DNA of 64,000 nt from Planctomycetota bacterium (GTDB lineage Bacteria; Planctomycetota; B15-G4). Position numbers and translations under genes: made by a program. Positions 27,825-37,507 of the stretch are shown here, piece after piece; position 1 is the first letter of the stretch; every line of letters begins with the position of its first letter. Location: NCBI GenBank assembly GCA_965248575.1, contig CBDFJQ010000002.1, positions 2,208,001 through 2,272,000 of the forward strand, written 5' to 3'. The notes beneath the pieces are model-generated. The model was not told the DNA's origin, did not search any database, and saw nothing but the letters and a program-made list of their open reading frames with translations.

Positions 27825-30611
27825 TCAACCGTCGTCCAGCAGCTCCTGCCATCCCAAGATGACCGAGATCGGCCCAACCGCTGCGACGTCGCTGTCGAGG
27901 AACGCGAAGCCGATGGTGTTCCCCTTGTTGTCGGGGATCGGTTCGTAGTTGCGGTCTAGGTTCCACGGCGTCTGGAACAGCGCCTCCGGCGACGAGAACG
28001 AGAAGGACTCGCCGCCGGTCTCCACGTCGACAGCGATGATCACGCCGGTGTCGGTCACGTAGAACAGCTCGTCGCCGGAGGGACTCCAGCGCGGTTCGTA
28101 GCCGCTGTTCTCGGACACGAGCCAGCGGCCCTCGGGCGGGCTCCCGGGCCACGCGGGCGGGAAGGCGATGACGAACACCGACTCGCCGTCGCTCAAGTCA
28201 CCGTAGGCCAGCCACCGGCCGTCCGGTGAGACCTGGCCGAGGTGTTGCGGGCCGGGCGCGATCACCAAGGGCACGTCCGGTCCGCCATCGAGCGGAACGG
28301 CGATGACATCGTTCTTGTCCGAGACCAGCTTCGTGTCGGTCGTGACGATCAGGAACCGCCCGTCCGGCGTCCACGAGTGGGGGTGCTCGACCCCACCTTG
28401 GCTGTCGCGCACCAGGGTCTCGGAGCCGCCGCCGATGCGCTTGCGGTAGATGCCGCCCGGGCGCGTTTCGTCCCCGTCCCAACGGAAGGCGATCTCTTTG
28501 CCGTCCGGTGACCACACGGGCAGGTACTCGGCACCCGGCAGGAACGTCAGGCGTTGCGGCGCCGGCACTTTCAGACGGCCTGCCACGATGTCTTCCTGGT
28601 CCTGGCCGTTGAGTGCGCGCGCCGAGTACAGCCAGATGTCGGTGAAACCGTCGGGCGAGAGCACTTCTGTGGCCAGCATCTGGCCGTCGGGCCGCAATGA
28701 CATGCCGAACATGGGCGTGCCAACGGCGTATTGCGTGACGGGGCGGCCGTCGTACGACCAGTACGAGACGCGATCCCCGGGCGCCCTGTCGTAGGACTTG
28801 CTGCCCGGATCGTCCGTCGTGGACGGCAACCGGCTGAGCACCAGGACACCGGTCGGGCTGGCGGAGAACTGGCCGTGCCAGGTGGACGCGTCCGGCGCCA
28901 GGCCTTTGGCGAGGGTGGTAGCGCGCCCACCGAGCGTTCCGGTGTCCGGGTCGATTGGCGTGGCGAGCAACGAGTGGTTCTTCACGTGCAGCAGCATGCC
29001 GCCGATGACCTGGGCGCTGTAGTGAGAGGACATCACGCGGCGCGGAGGCTCGCTGCCGTCCAGGCTTCCCAGGTAGAGCCCGTTGTTGTCGTTCGCGCCG
29101 ACGACGGCCGTCACAGCCGAGAACACGAACCGGTCGGTGCCCGGAATCATGCTCGGCCAGCGGTGGCTGGTGTGCATGTCGGGGTCGCGGATGGTCAGCT
29201 CGACGGGCGCCCCGCTGCCGTCGGCGTCGACCAGGAACAGGCACGAACGGAAGTTCGGCGCGTACAGGATGCGGCCGTCCCCGGTGAAGGCCCCGCCACG
29301 GGCGTCGCCCGCCTCCGTGACGCGACTCACCGTGTCGGTGCTCAGGTCGTAGCGGCGGAGCGAGTGGTCCGCAAAGTAGCCCAGCTCCCGGCCGTCGGGG
29401 CTCCAGAACGGGAAGGTCGCGTTGTCGGTGCCGAGCAGTTCGCGCGGCTGGAGCTCGTCGAGCCGCCGGGTCCACAGTCGGCGGAGGCCGTCGTCGCCTA
29501 CCGCGACGAACGCGATCGTGGTCCCGTCGGGCGAGACGGTGGGCGGGCCGGAGAGGTCGCCCGCGAACAGGATGCGGGCGTCGCCGGGCGCCTCGATCGA
29601 CAGGTGCATCGGGCCGGGGAGGCCCGCCGCGCCGCCCGCGGTCTGCTGCCAGACCAGCGCCAGCAGCGAGGCAACGAGAGCGACGCCGGTGATCGCGAGC
29701 CAGGTCCGCGCGCGCAGCAGGTGGGGTGCCGCGTCCGTGCGCGCGGCAGTTCCGCCGGAGCCCAGCGCGGCGCCGTCGGGGTCGTCGAACAGCAGGCGCG
29801 CCTCGCCGACATCGCGCAGCCGCAGGCGCTGGTCCTTGACGAGGCAGCGACGCAGCAGGGTCTCGACGGCGGGCGGAAGGGCGGGCAGCGCACTCCAGTC
29901 GGGCTCGTGCTCGAGCACGGCGGCCATCACGTCCGAAAGGGTCTCGCCCCGAAAGGCGCGCTGGGCCGTCAGGCACTCGAACAGCACGCAGCCGAACGCC
30001 CAGACGTCGACGCGTCGATCGATGGGCCGGCCCCGGGTCTGCTCGGGAGCCATGTACGTGGGCGTGCCGAGCAGGCGCCCGGCCTGCGTCGTGAGCACGC
30101 TGTCCGAGCCGTCGCCGTCTACCTCGTCGCCGTGCGCGGACCTGGCCAGCCCGAAGTCGAGCAGCTTCACCTTGCCGTCGGGCGTGATGCGCACGTTCGC
30201 CGGCTTGAGGTCGCGGTGGATGATGCCGGCGTCGTGGGCCGCCTCCAGCCCGTCGGCGATGCGAGCGCAGACGGCCAGCGCCTCGTCGAGCGGCAGCGGC
30301 CCGCGCGCGATCCGATCTTCGAGCGTCTCGCCCGGCACGAGCTCGAGTACCAGGAAGCACAGGTCATCGTCCTGATCGACGTCGTGGATCTGCGCCACAC
30401 AGGGATGGTTGAGGCTGGCGACCGCGCGCGCCTCACGCTCGAAGCGAGCCAGCCGCTCCTCGTCCTCGGCGAAGGGGGCGGGGAGGACCTTGACCGCCAC
30501 CTCGCGCCCGAGCCGCGTGTCGCGAGCGCGCCAGACCTCGCCCATGGCTCCAGCGCCGAGTGGGGCCAGAATCTCGTAGTGGTGAAGGGTGGAGCCGGGG
30601 GCGAGGGACAT
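27825..30611 (-). CDS. Hanks-type Ser/Thr protein kinase with TM segment and TolB-like (PD40) beta-propeller
   Basis: LGAGAMGEV, VAVK, HRDLKPAN, DFGLA, GTPTYMAPE; repeated WSPDG. Confidence 0.95.
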   Translation of the reverse strand: MSLAPGSTLHHYEILAPLGAGAMGEVWRARDTRLGREVAVKVLPAPFAEDEERLARFEREARAVASLNHPCVAQIHDVDQDDDLCFLVLELVPGETLEDRIARGPLPLDEALAVCARIADGLEAAHDAGIIHRDLKPANVRITPDGKVKLLDFGLARSAHGDEVDGDGSDSVLTTQAGRLLGTPTYMAPEQTRGRPIDRRVDVWAFGCVLFECLTAQRAFRGETLSDVMAAVLEHEPDWSALPALPPAVETLLRRCLVKDQRLRLRDVGEARLLFDDPDGAALGSGGTAARTDAAPHLLRARTWLAITGVALVASLLALVWQQTAGGAAGLPGPMHLSIEAPGDARILFAGDLSGPPTVSPDGTTIAFVAVGDDGLRRLWTRRLDELQPRELLGTDNATFPFWSPDGRELGYFADHSLRRYDLSTDTVSRVTEAGDARGGAFTGDGRILYAPNFRSCLFLVDADGSGAPVELTIRDPDMHTSHRWPSMIPGTDRFVFSAVTAVVGANDNNGLYLGSLDGSEPPRRVMSSHYSAQVIGGMLLHVKNHSLLATPIDPDTGTLGGRATTLAKGLAPDASTWHGQFSASPTGVLVLSRLPSTTDDPGSKSYDRAPGDRVSYWSYDGRPVTQYAVGTPMFGMSLRPDGQMLATEVLSPDGFTDIWLYSARALNGQDQEDIVAGRLKVPAPQRLTFLPGAEYLPVWSPDGKEIAFRWDGDETRPGGIYRKRIGGGSETLVRDSQGGVEHPHSWTPDGRFLIVTTDTKLVSDKNDVIAVPLDGGPDVPLVIAPGPQHLGQVSPDGRWLAYGDLSDGESVFVIAFPPAWPGSPPEGRWLVSENSGYEPRWSPSGDELFYVTDTGVIIAVDVETGGESFSFSSPEALFQTPWNLDRNYEPIPDNKGNTIGFAFLDSDVAAVGPISVILGWQELLDDG

Positions 30612-30725
30612 GGGGGGAGGTTGCTGGACGCGGGACACGGGGGGGCGGGGGTGACCTTCACCCCAACCACTTCCCCCACCACTCTACGATCTGCCCCGAC
30701 AGACGCCTCTTCATATCAGCCGGCC

Positions 30726-31022
30726 CCGTCCTGTCCAGAAACTCGGCCAGCGGTGATCGGGCAGCCTTGCGAGACACGAAGCGTGAATTCAACGTGTTCG
30801 ACCGGAGGACGCCGGCCGAAATCGATGGAGGAACAGCCGCGAATGAGTCCGTGGCGATGGACACGAACATCGCCGGCTTGGCGCGGAGTCAGGATGACGT
30901 TGGTACCCGTTTCGCTGAGGGGTGCGTTCCAACTGCGAGGTGAACTTAGCGTCGCGTCCGGCGACCAAGAAGCGGTGTCCCGCGATGCCCTTACGACTCG
31001 ACTGACTTCCTGGACAGGACGG
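30726..31022. mobile_element. 297-bp MITE-like element
   Basis: CCGTCCTGTCCAGAAACTC (30726-30744) against GACTTCCTGGACAGGACGG (31004-31022), 17/19 complementary; same end as 9221. Confidence 0.6.
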
Positions 31023-32142
31023 CCTGGGACTCTACGGGCGCGCGGAAGCGTTTGCCCCACCGCATCAGCGGGCGCTCGATCACGTAGTAGGACCCGATCG
31101 CAATGGCAAACGTCAGCACGATTCCGATCGCGACGGCCCCGTCCCCGGGGGCATGCGGGTCATCGGCCAGCATCCGCACCTTGCGGAAAATCGGATAGTG
31201 GTAGAGGTACAGCCCGTAGCTGATGCGACCAATTCCGCGCAGCACGCCCGTGCGCAAGACGATGCCCCAGGGCGTGGCGCTGCCGGTCGTACCGACTGCG
31301 AGCATGACCCAGGCAGTTGCGACCGCGGGCACGCTGAACAAGCGGAGTGCAACGAGCAAGTCACGCGGCTTCACGCCGTCGGGCGCCACGTCGAACATCA
31401 TTTGCATCAGGCCGAGTGAACTCAGCGATTCCTGCGACAGCAAGAGTGCGAAGCCAATCGTCGCCAGGAGCAGGACCACGAGGCGCTTCCCAGCGCGGCG
31501 CAGCGCGGCCTCGTGGTACGCGAGCAAGGAGCCCGCGCCCAACGCACCGATGCGCGTCGTCGAACCGTGCATCAACAGTTCGCGCATCCGCTCCGGGTGC
31601 GCGACCCAATCGCCGAAGGCGAGCGCCGCGAGACACGTGGCGATGGTGATCGGAAACGCCACGAACAGGATGACGCGCCGGCTCGCCCGCGTCGTCAGCA
31701 GAATGACGATCGGTGACCAGATCAAGTAGAACTGCTCCTCGACCGCGAGCGACCATGCGTGCGACATGTAGCTCGCCCCGTGCATGAACAGGAAGGCGTA
31801 GTTCGTCGTGTACGTCGCGCACGCCACGATCTCTTCCCACATCATCGTTGGGACGAGGACCGCGAGCAGCAGGTAGTACGTCGGGAAGATCCGAAGGAAG
31901 CGTCGCGTCAGGAAGTCGCGCAACGCGTGCGGCGTCTCGCGATCGACCAACAGGATCCGTGTGATCAGGAACCCGGACAAGACGAAGAACAGGTCCATGC
32001 CCAGGTTGCCGGGCAGCAGGGTCTTGCGCAGCCCCACCGCAGCCTCCCCCAGATAGGACACCGGCAGGTGGATCCACATGATCAGCAGCACCGCGATCGC
32101 GCGGATGCCGTCGAGCTCGGGGATGTGGTCCTTCTTGCACAT
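30991..32142 (-). CDS. Acyltransferase family 3 (OafA/YrhL-like) membrane O-acyltransferase
   Basis: LDGIRAIAV, DLFFVLSGFLIT, RRFLRIFP, WSLAVEEQFY, ISYGLYLYH, SYYVIERP. Confidence 0.93.
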   Translation of the reverse strand: MCKKDHIPELDGIRAIAVLLIMWIHLPVSYLGEAAVGLRKTLLPGNLGMDLFFVLSGFLITRILLVDRETPHALRDFLTRRFLRIFPTYYLLLAVLVPTMMWEEIVACATYTTNYAFLFMHGASYMSHAWSLAVEEQFYLIWSPIVILLTTRASRRVILFVAFPITIATCLAALAFGDWVAHPERMRELLMHGSTTRIGALGAGSLLAYHEAALRRAGKRLVVLLLATIGFALLLSQESLSSLGLMQMMFDVAPDGVKPRDLLVALRLFSVPAVATAWVMLAVGTTGSATPWGIVLRTGVLRGIGRISYGLYLYHYPIFRKVRMLADDPHAPGDGAVAIGIVLTFAIAIGSYYVIERPLMRWGKRFRAPVESQAVLSRKSVES

Positions 32143-32287
32143 GGCAGCCGCGCCCCGGTGATCCAGGGCGCTCACTCTCCCAAGATCGGAAGCTGCGGGA
32201 AACCACGTTCGTCCATTCCGCAGGTTCCTCCCTCGGGGGGCTGACGTGTGTGGCAGGTCGGCTGTCGGCCGGCAGGCCGAGACGCCG

Positions 32288-35200
32288 TTACGGCAGGAAG
32301 TCCACCGCCACCGCGTTGCTGAACGCATAGCCGGCGGGCTGGGCGCCGTCAGGGTAGACCGCCTGCACGTAGACCCGAAGCGGACCGATGCCCCCATCGA
32401 TGGGAGACTGCGTGAATGCGCCGTTGCCATCGAACGAGATGGGCACCAGCGTCAGCCACGGCACGGGCACCAGGCTGCCGGCAAAGACGGGCGCGGGGCT
32501 TGCGTCCAAACCGACCGCGACCCAGCCGAATGCGAATGGCAGACCGCCGACGATGCTCAGTTCGGCGCTGGTGCCGCTGGACAGATCACCACCGCACACC
32601 GACAGGGTGGCACTGCCCGGGCCGTGATGGCCGAGGTCGGTCTGGCACACGGTGGGACTGTTGGGCGCGTTCGGCGTCGGCATGGGCTCCACGACCCAGG
32701 GGCCCAAGCCGTCGATCTCTCGGGCGGAGGACACGTCGGCCACCTGGGGGCCGAAGATCACAGCGTCCACTCGGCCGCCGCCCATGGCCGGTGACCCGAA
32801 CAACGCCAACGCCTCACCCTGGGAGCTCAGCTTGAAGTCCATGTGCATCGGACCCTGCTCGTCGTCCTTGTCGGCCCACAGCAGCACGCTGCCGCCAGCC
32901 GGGGCGATCACGCCATTGGGCACGGTCCACTGCGTCGGGTCCATCAGGTCGTCGGTCAGGGTCATGCCGCCCATGTCCACCGGCAGCGAGCCGGCATTGA
33001 AGACCTCCACCCAGTCGTCGTACTCGCCCCACTCGTCCTGGACGGTCGACTCGTTGTCCGCCATGAACTCGTTCAGCACGAGTTCGGTGCCGACCGCGAA
33101 GGTGGCGCGGGTCAACGCGCTCCAGGTGCTGCCGTCGTGTGCGCGAGCCAGCACGTCCATGGGGGTCTCGAGCGTGATCGGGCCGTCGTAGGTCATGGCG
33201 ACAGGGTTCACGGCGCCCAACGACAGGCGCGGATCGCTGCCGTCGACCGTGTAGCGGATGAAGCCCGATGGCGCATCCATGGTGAGGCCCCAGCCCACCG
33301 GCACGCCGCCGCCGTCGCGGCTGAACGTCGGCGCGTCGAGCTCCGGATAGTAGCCCGCGTTGCGCAGTCGGGCCTTGAGCACGCCCGAGCGAACCGGGAA
33401 GAACTCATTCATCAGGCGGTCCTTCTCGATGTGCCAGTCGTCCGGCGTGAAGAAGAAGACGTTGTCGTTGATCCAGTAGTTGCCCCAGCGCGCGTACTCC
33501 AGGGCGACGCTGCCGATGGCGTCGTCGACCAGACGCTGGTAGAGGGCGGCGGGTCGGTTGCGATCGGGGAAGGCCGGGTCGTAGACCGTGCCGGGCGCCT
33601 CATGATCGGGGTCGACCCACAGCGGACCGAAGCGGCTCATGTGGGCCTGGGCGCGATCGGCGATCAGCATCAGGAAGTCGGGATGGTCGGCTAGGGCCGT
33701 GATCCAGCTGGACACGTTGACGATCCCGTTGCTCGTCACCAGCGTGTTGTCGCCGCCATCACCCACGGAGGTGACCCCGGCGCCCCAGCCCAGGCTGACC
33801 TCGGCATCCCACACGTGGAAGACGAACTTCCCGTCCGGGTTGACGTCGCCGAAGTCGGCGCTGAGCCGGTGGTGAATGGTGGCCATCCAGTTGTTCTGCG
33901 GCCAGTCGCCGGTGCCCGAGTAGTAGTTGGCCAGCATGTAGTCGGCGTAGTTGGACACATCGAAGATGGCCGAGAGGGCGTCGTAGGCGGGCTGGCCGCC
34001 GTAGTTCAGCCCCGGAGCCAGGCCGGTGGCCCGGATGTCGTTGACGATCTTCCAGGCGCCGGGACTCGGGTTGGCCAGGTTGTCGTTGTTTCCCTCCTTC
34101 ACGACGCCCTGCTTGATCCAATCGTATTCGACGTCTTCGCCGCCGCCGTAGTCCGCTCCGAAGTCTTCGTCGGGGCGCTCGTGCAGGTTGTACACGCCCC
34201 AGTACAGGCCGTTGAGGTACACGTGCACCTTGCGCGTGTGCACCGACGGCCCGCCCATGGCCAGCTGCAGATCGGACACGAAGGGGTCGCGCAGTTCCTG
34301 GGCGTGCACCTTGGTCGTGTCACCGGCCTTGCCGTTGATGGAGTACTGGTTGCCCGCATCGAGGATGAGCGTGTCGAAGGACTCGACGGCCGAGCCGTCG
34401 TCGAAGACCTCGAAGTTGAACTTCGACGGGCCGTGGACCTTCTTGAACTTGAGCTTGAGCGAGAGCTGGGAGCGCCATTGCGGACCGACGCTCGAGCTCC
34501 CCTGCGCCTCGAGGCCGCAGTCGATCTGGGTGGAGTCGCCGCCGGGATCGATCCACTCCATGGAGATGGTGGGCTGCCAGTCCTCCTCGGAGTTCACGTA
34601 CAGGCCGAAGGGGCCGTCCGGTGGCACGTAGGAGAACCACCCGTCCTGGGCCATGACCAGTGAGAGGCTGGGTACCGAGCGCAGCATGTCCCGCAGCTCC
34701 TGCTGCGTGTACATCGCGAGGATGTCGGGGTGCAGGCCGTAGAGCGCGCCGGGGTGGGTGCCGCCGTTGGCCGCGGCCCAGTCCACGCCGTCCTTGTCGA
34801 TCCAGGCCGCAGGAAAGCCGTCGGCCAAGGCGCTCGCGTGGGTCTGGGACAAGACGTCGTCGTCAAAGAGCAAGGTGTGGGTCTCGGTCACGGAGCCGAA
34901 GCCGTCCATGAACGCACGGGCCCGCACGATGGTCGTTTCCGACACGGCGAGTGGCGCGGTGTAGAGCGTGCCCAGGCCTTCGGTGGGCAGCGAGCCGTCG
35001 AGCGTGTAGTAGATGCTGGCGCCCGCCGTGGGCACCGACAGCGACAGCGCGAACGGCCCGTCGTGGAAGCCGCGCTCGTGGCTGAAGTCGACCCGCTCCA
35101 CAAGCTGCAAGCCGGCGCCGTTCGGCGCGCCCGGGGTGGGTGGATCGAAGTAGGCGAGTGTGCCGTTGATCTCGTCGAGGCCGAACGACACATCAGCCAT

Positions 35201-35695
35201 CTGCGGCGGAAACTCCGGGGCGTAGGAGTGGGCCACGGTGAAGCCGTCGGGCTCGGTCATCCCCAGGAACTCACCTCCGGAGCCGAGCTTGAAGTTCGTG
35301 TGCAGCTCGGCGCCAGCCAGTGCCCGGTCCTTGCTGGACGCGAACACCACCAGGTACGCGTCGGGCGCGAGGACCATGGACGGAAAAGTCCACTGCGTCA
35401 GGTCGGTCTCATCGTCGCTCAGGTGCCAGCCCCCGAGATTCAGCGGGAACGCGCTGTCGTTGTGGATCTCGAGCCAGTCGGAGAAGTCGCCGTCCTCGTC
35501 TTGCAAATTCGTGTCATTGCTGGCCAGCAGCTCCTTGATGAACGGCTTGCCGGACTGCGCGCACAGCGGCGCACCGAGCAGGGCGAGCCAGGCGACGAGC
35601 AGCGCTAGGCCCCGGCCGGCGTGGGCGGTGCCCGAACGGCGCAGTGGGCGGACGTCGAGCCACGAGTGCAGGCGAAATAACCGGATGCGAGCCAT
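32288..35695 (-). CDS. Secreted lamin-tail / Fn3-associated / CotH kinase-like protein with conserved C-terminal domain (type B, 32288-32650)
   Basis: DEDGDFSDWLEIHN and NFKL (LTD, twice), IYYTLDGSLP, YLNGLYWGVYNLHER, DWPQNNW, WDAE (CotH-like). Confidence 0.85.
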   Translation of the reverse strand: MARIRLFRLHSWLDVRPLRRSGTAHAGRGLALLVAWLALLGAPLCAQSGKPFIKELLASNDTNLQDEDGDFSDWLEIHNDSAFPLNLGGWHLSDDETDLTQWTFPSMVLAPDAYLVVFASSKDRALAGAELHTNFKLGSGGEFLGMTEPDGFTVAHSYAPEFPPQMADVSFGLDEINGTLAYFDPPTPGAPNGAGLQLVERVDFSHERGFHDGPFALSLSVPTAGASIYYTLDGSLPTEGLGTLYTAPLAVSETTIVRARAFMDGFGSVTETHTLLFDDDVLSQTHASALADGFPAAWIDKDGVDWAAANGGTHPGALYGLHPDILAMYTQQELRDMLRSVPSLSLVMAQDGWFSYVPPDGPFGLYVNSEEDWQPTISMEWIDPGGDSTQIDCGLEAQGSSSVGPQWRSQLSLKLKFKKVHGPSKFNFEVFDDGSAVESFDTLILDAGNQYSINGKAGDTTKVHAQELRDPFVSDLQLAMGGPSVHTRKVHVYLNGLYWGVYNLHERPDEDFGADYGGGEDVEYDWIKQGVVKEGNNDNLANPSPGAWKIVNDIRATGLAPGLNYGGQPAYDALSAIFDVSNYADYMLANYYSGTGDWPQNNWMATIHHRLSADFGDVNPDGKFVFHVWDAEVSLGWGAGVTSVGDGGDNTLVTSNGIVNVSSWITALADHPDFLMLIADRAQAHMSRFGPLWVDPDHEAPGTVYDPAFPDRNRPAALYQRLVDDAIGSVALEYARWGNYWINDNVFFFTPDDWHIEKDRLMNEFFPVRSGVLKARLRNAGYYPELDAPTFSRDGGGVPVGWGLTMDAPSGFIRYTVDGSDPRLSLGAVNPVAMTYDGPITLETPMDVLARAHDGSTWSALTRATFAVGTELVLNEFMADNESTVQDEWGEYDDWVEVFNAGSLPVDMGGMTLTDDLMDPTQWTVPNGVIAPAGGSVLLWADKDDEQGPMHMDFKLSSQGEALALFGSPAMGGGRVDAVIFGPQVADVSSAREIDGLGPWVVEPMPTPNAPNSPTVCQTDLGHHGPGSATLSVCGGDLSSGTSAELSIVGGLPFAFGWVAVGLDASPAPVFAGSLVPVPWLTLVPISFDGNGAFTQSPIDGGIGPLRVYVQAVYPDGAQPAGYAFSNAVAVDFLP

Positions 35696-35908
35696 GGCAG
35701 CGCTCTCCTTCTTGATGATGCCCTGTGTTTCCCAAGCCACTCGTGCCGGTGGCCGAGAGTTGAGTCGGTGGTCAGCGGGCCCCCCCCGCTCCGACACGGC
35801 GATCATAAGCGGAAAAAGGCCCTTCGTGGGGCGGTTGTCTGACTGGTGCCCCCCAAGGACTCCATCCGAACCCAACTCCGAATTCAGGTGGAGGCAGGGC
35901 TTCAAAGA

Positions 35909-36190
35909 GGAGCAGTTCGCGCTCAGGTTCGAGTCCTCACCCGTACCGGTCATCACACCAGGCGAACCGACAACTTTCTCCAAGCCGTTTGGCCATTCAC
36001 CGGTGCACCCGACCAGCGAACAGAAAGCCAGTCCGTCTGACCGCACACCCGGGAACCACTGCGTGCGAGTGGAGCAAGCGCGGAGAGGTGTGGCGCGCGA
36101 GGCGGGGTAGTTCGGACGGGTGGACGGATATACACACAGGGCGGTGGCTGGGGCGGAGATGGCTAACAGGACCGGGACGGCGGTGGCGTC
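35909..36190 (+). repeat. tRNA-Gln 3'-end junction repeat J4 (att-like)
   Basis: AGGTTCGAGTCCTC (35925-35938), spacer with TACCGGTCATCACACCAGGCGAACC, CCCGGGAACCA (36048-36058), arm CACAGGGCGGTGG…TGGCTAAC matching J1. Confidence 0.85.
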
Positions 36191-36321
36191 CTATCCAGAA
36201 ACACGGCCGACGGGCATCTCGACTCGTCGTCCTTCAGTGGTTCGTTAGGAACGAGACCGTCGACGGATTCGACACCTGCAACGAGAAACCCCGCCCGAGC
36301 AGCCCACTGCCTTGGACCGAC

Positions 36322-37158
36322 CTACGGCAAGACCTCGAGTTGCACAGCATTCGAGAGGCCGTAGCCGAAGGGCTGCACCGGGTCCACGACCACGGCTTGC
36401 AGAAAGGCCGTGACCGGACCCCCTCCGCCACCCACCCCCGAAAGGAGCAGGTTCCCCGAGCCGTCGGTGGGGTAGGCCATCAGCCTTTGAATCGGCAGGG
36501 GGACGATGAGCCCACCTGCGAAGGGCGTCGGTGTCTTGCTCAGCCCCAAGACCAGGTAGGCGGTGGTGTTCGCGGGCGCCCCGGAGAGCACCACGTCCAC
36601 CGTGCCTCCGGCCTGCAGGGGGTCGCCGCAAACCGAGAGTGCGCTGCGGCCTGGCCCGCCGAAGCCCAGGTTGACCTGGCACACGGACCCCTGCTCTGAC
36701 GTGAATGTGAACTGCGAGAAATCGGCGATGCCCGGCAGATTCCAGCAGTCGAGGGAGTACACACCGAGGCCGAAGCGCTGCCCCGCCTGTACGTCGAAGC
36801 CAATGGGCGCACTGAAGGGGAAGGACGTGCCGACGTCCCCGATGATCGTGCGCACACCGTCGATGTAGATGGCAGGAAAGTCCCAGTGGTACCCGATGTC
36901 GAGGTTGTCCCAGACGAGGAAGGCCTCGATGGTGCCGTCCTGCGTCGCGACGGCCTCGTAGTAGAGGTCTTGGAGACCGCCTGGACACGAAATGCCTGGC
37001 CCATCCAGGCCAACGATGTGCATGTCGGTGTCGGTGAGCGTCGCCGAGCCACCTGGCGGACCCACGAGCGTCCACTCAAACAGGCTGAACTGCCCGCTAG
37101 CAGCCGGCCCCAAGGTCGCGAGCAGTACGAGGGAATTGAGCAGTTTCCGAATCGCCAT
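36322..37158 (-). CDS. Secreted hypothetical protein with conserved C-terminal domain (type B, 36322-36684)
   Basis: Signal peptide; VCQVNLGFGGPG…LSVCG…LQAVVVD…GYGLSNAVQLEVLP. Confidence 0.75.
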   Translation of the reverse strand: MAIRKLLNSLVLLATLGPAASGQFSLFEWTLVGPPGGSATLTDTDMHIVGLDGPGISCPGGLQDLYYEAVATQDGTIEAFLVWDNLDIGYHWDFPAIYIDGVRTIIGDVGTSFPFSAPIGFDVQAGQRFGLGVYSLDCWNLPGIADFSQFTFTSEQGSVCQVNLGFGGPGRSALSVCGDPLQAGGTVDVVLSGAPANTTAYLVLGLSKTPTPFAGGLIVPLPIQRLMAYPTDGSGNLLLSGVGGGGGPVTAFLQAVVVDPVQPFGYGLSNAVQLEVLP

Positions 37159-37507
37159 GGCCTGGTCTCCCAAAGAGAACTGCCGGCGAACCCACTCTCA
37201 AAGAGATGACACGACACACGAGCCGACACGAATCGCCGAGAGCGGCCACATGGGACGTCGAGTCTACGCCACGCAAGCCATCTCGTCAGCCATGGCCGTG
37301 CCGTTGGGTCGGTCCGCCTCCCCGATCCTGCTCGTTGGCCAGCACACCATGGGTTTTCGATTTGTGGCGCGCCCGCCATGGGCGCCAACGTGGCCGTCCA
37401 GGCGCGCCGTGAGGCCCGAGACGAAGGCGTGTGTCGAACCGTCGGGCTGCAGCGGTCGGACCCGTACGCCCCCGTGCCCGGCACGTCGCACGCAGCGGCG
37501 CCCACGA

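Noticed and set aside
28731..31223. 830-aa plus-strand ORF and many similar long ORFs (e.g. 629-1795, 28198-30360, 52771-53970)
   Set aside because: Antisense or alternate-frame shadows of well-supported genes in GC-rich DNA, with no motifs.
35696..36046. N-terminal extension of the 1252-aa ORF
   Set aside because: It runs through junction repeat J4; the signal peptide and RBS fit a start at 35695.
7264..36058. Repeats as a CRISPR array
   Set aside because: Spacing is kilobases, the repeat is tRNA-derived and no cas genes are present.
21898..36058. J2-J4 as additional tRNA genes
   Set aside because: No D arm, anticodon arm or 5' acceptor strand is recognisable, and the 3' half is interrupted.
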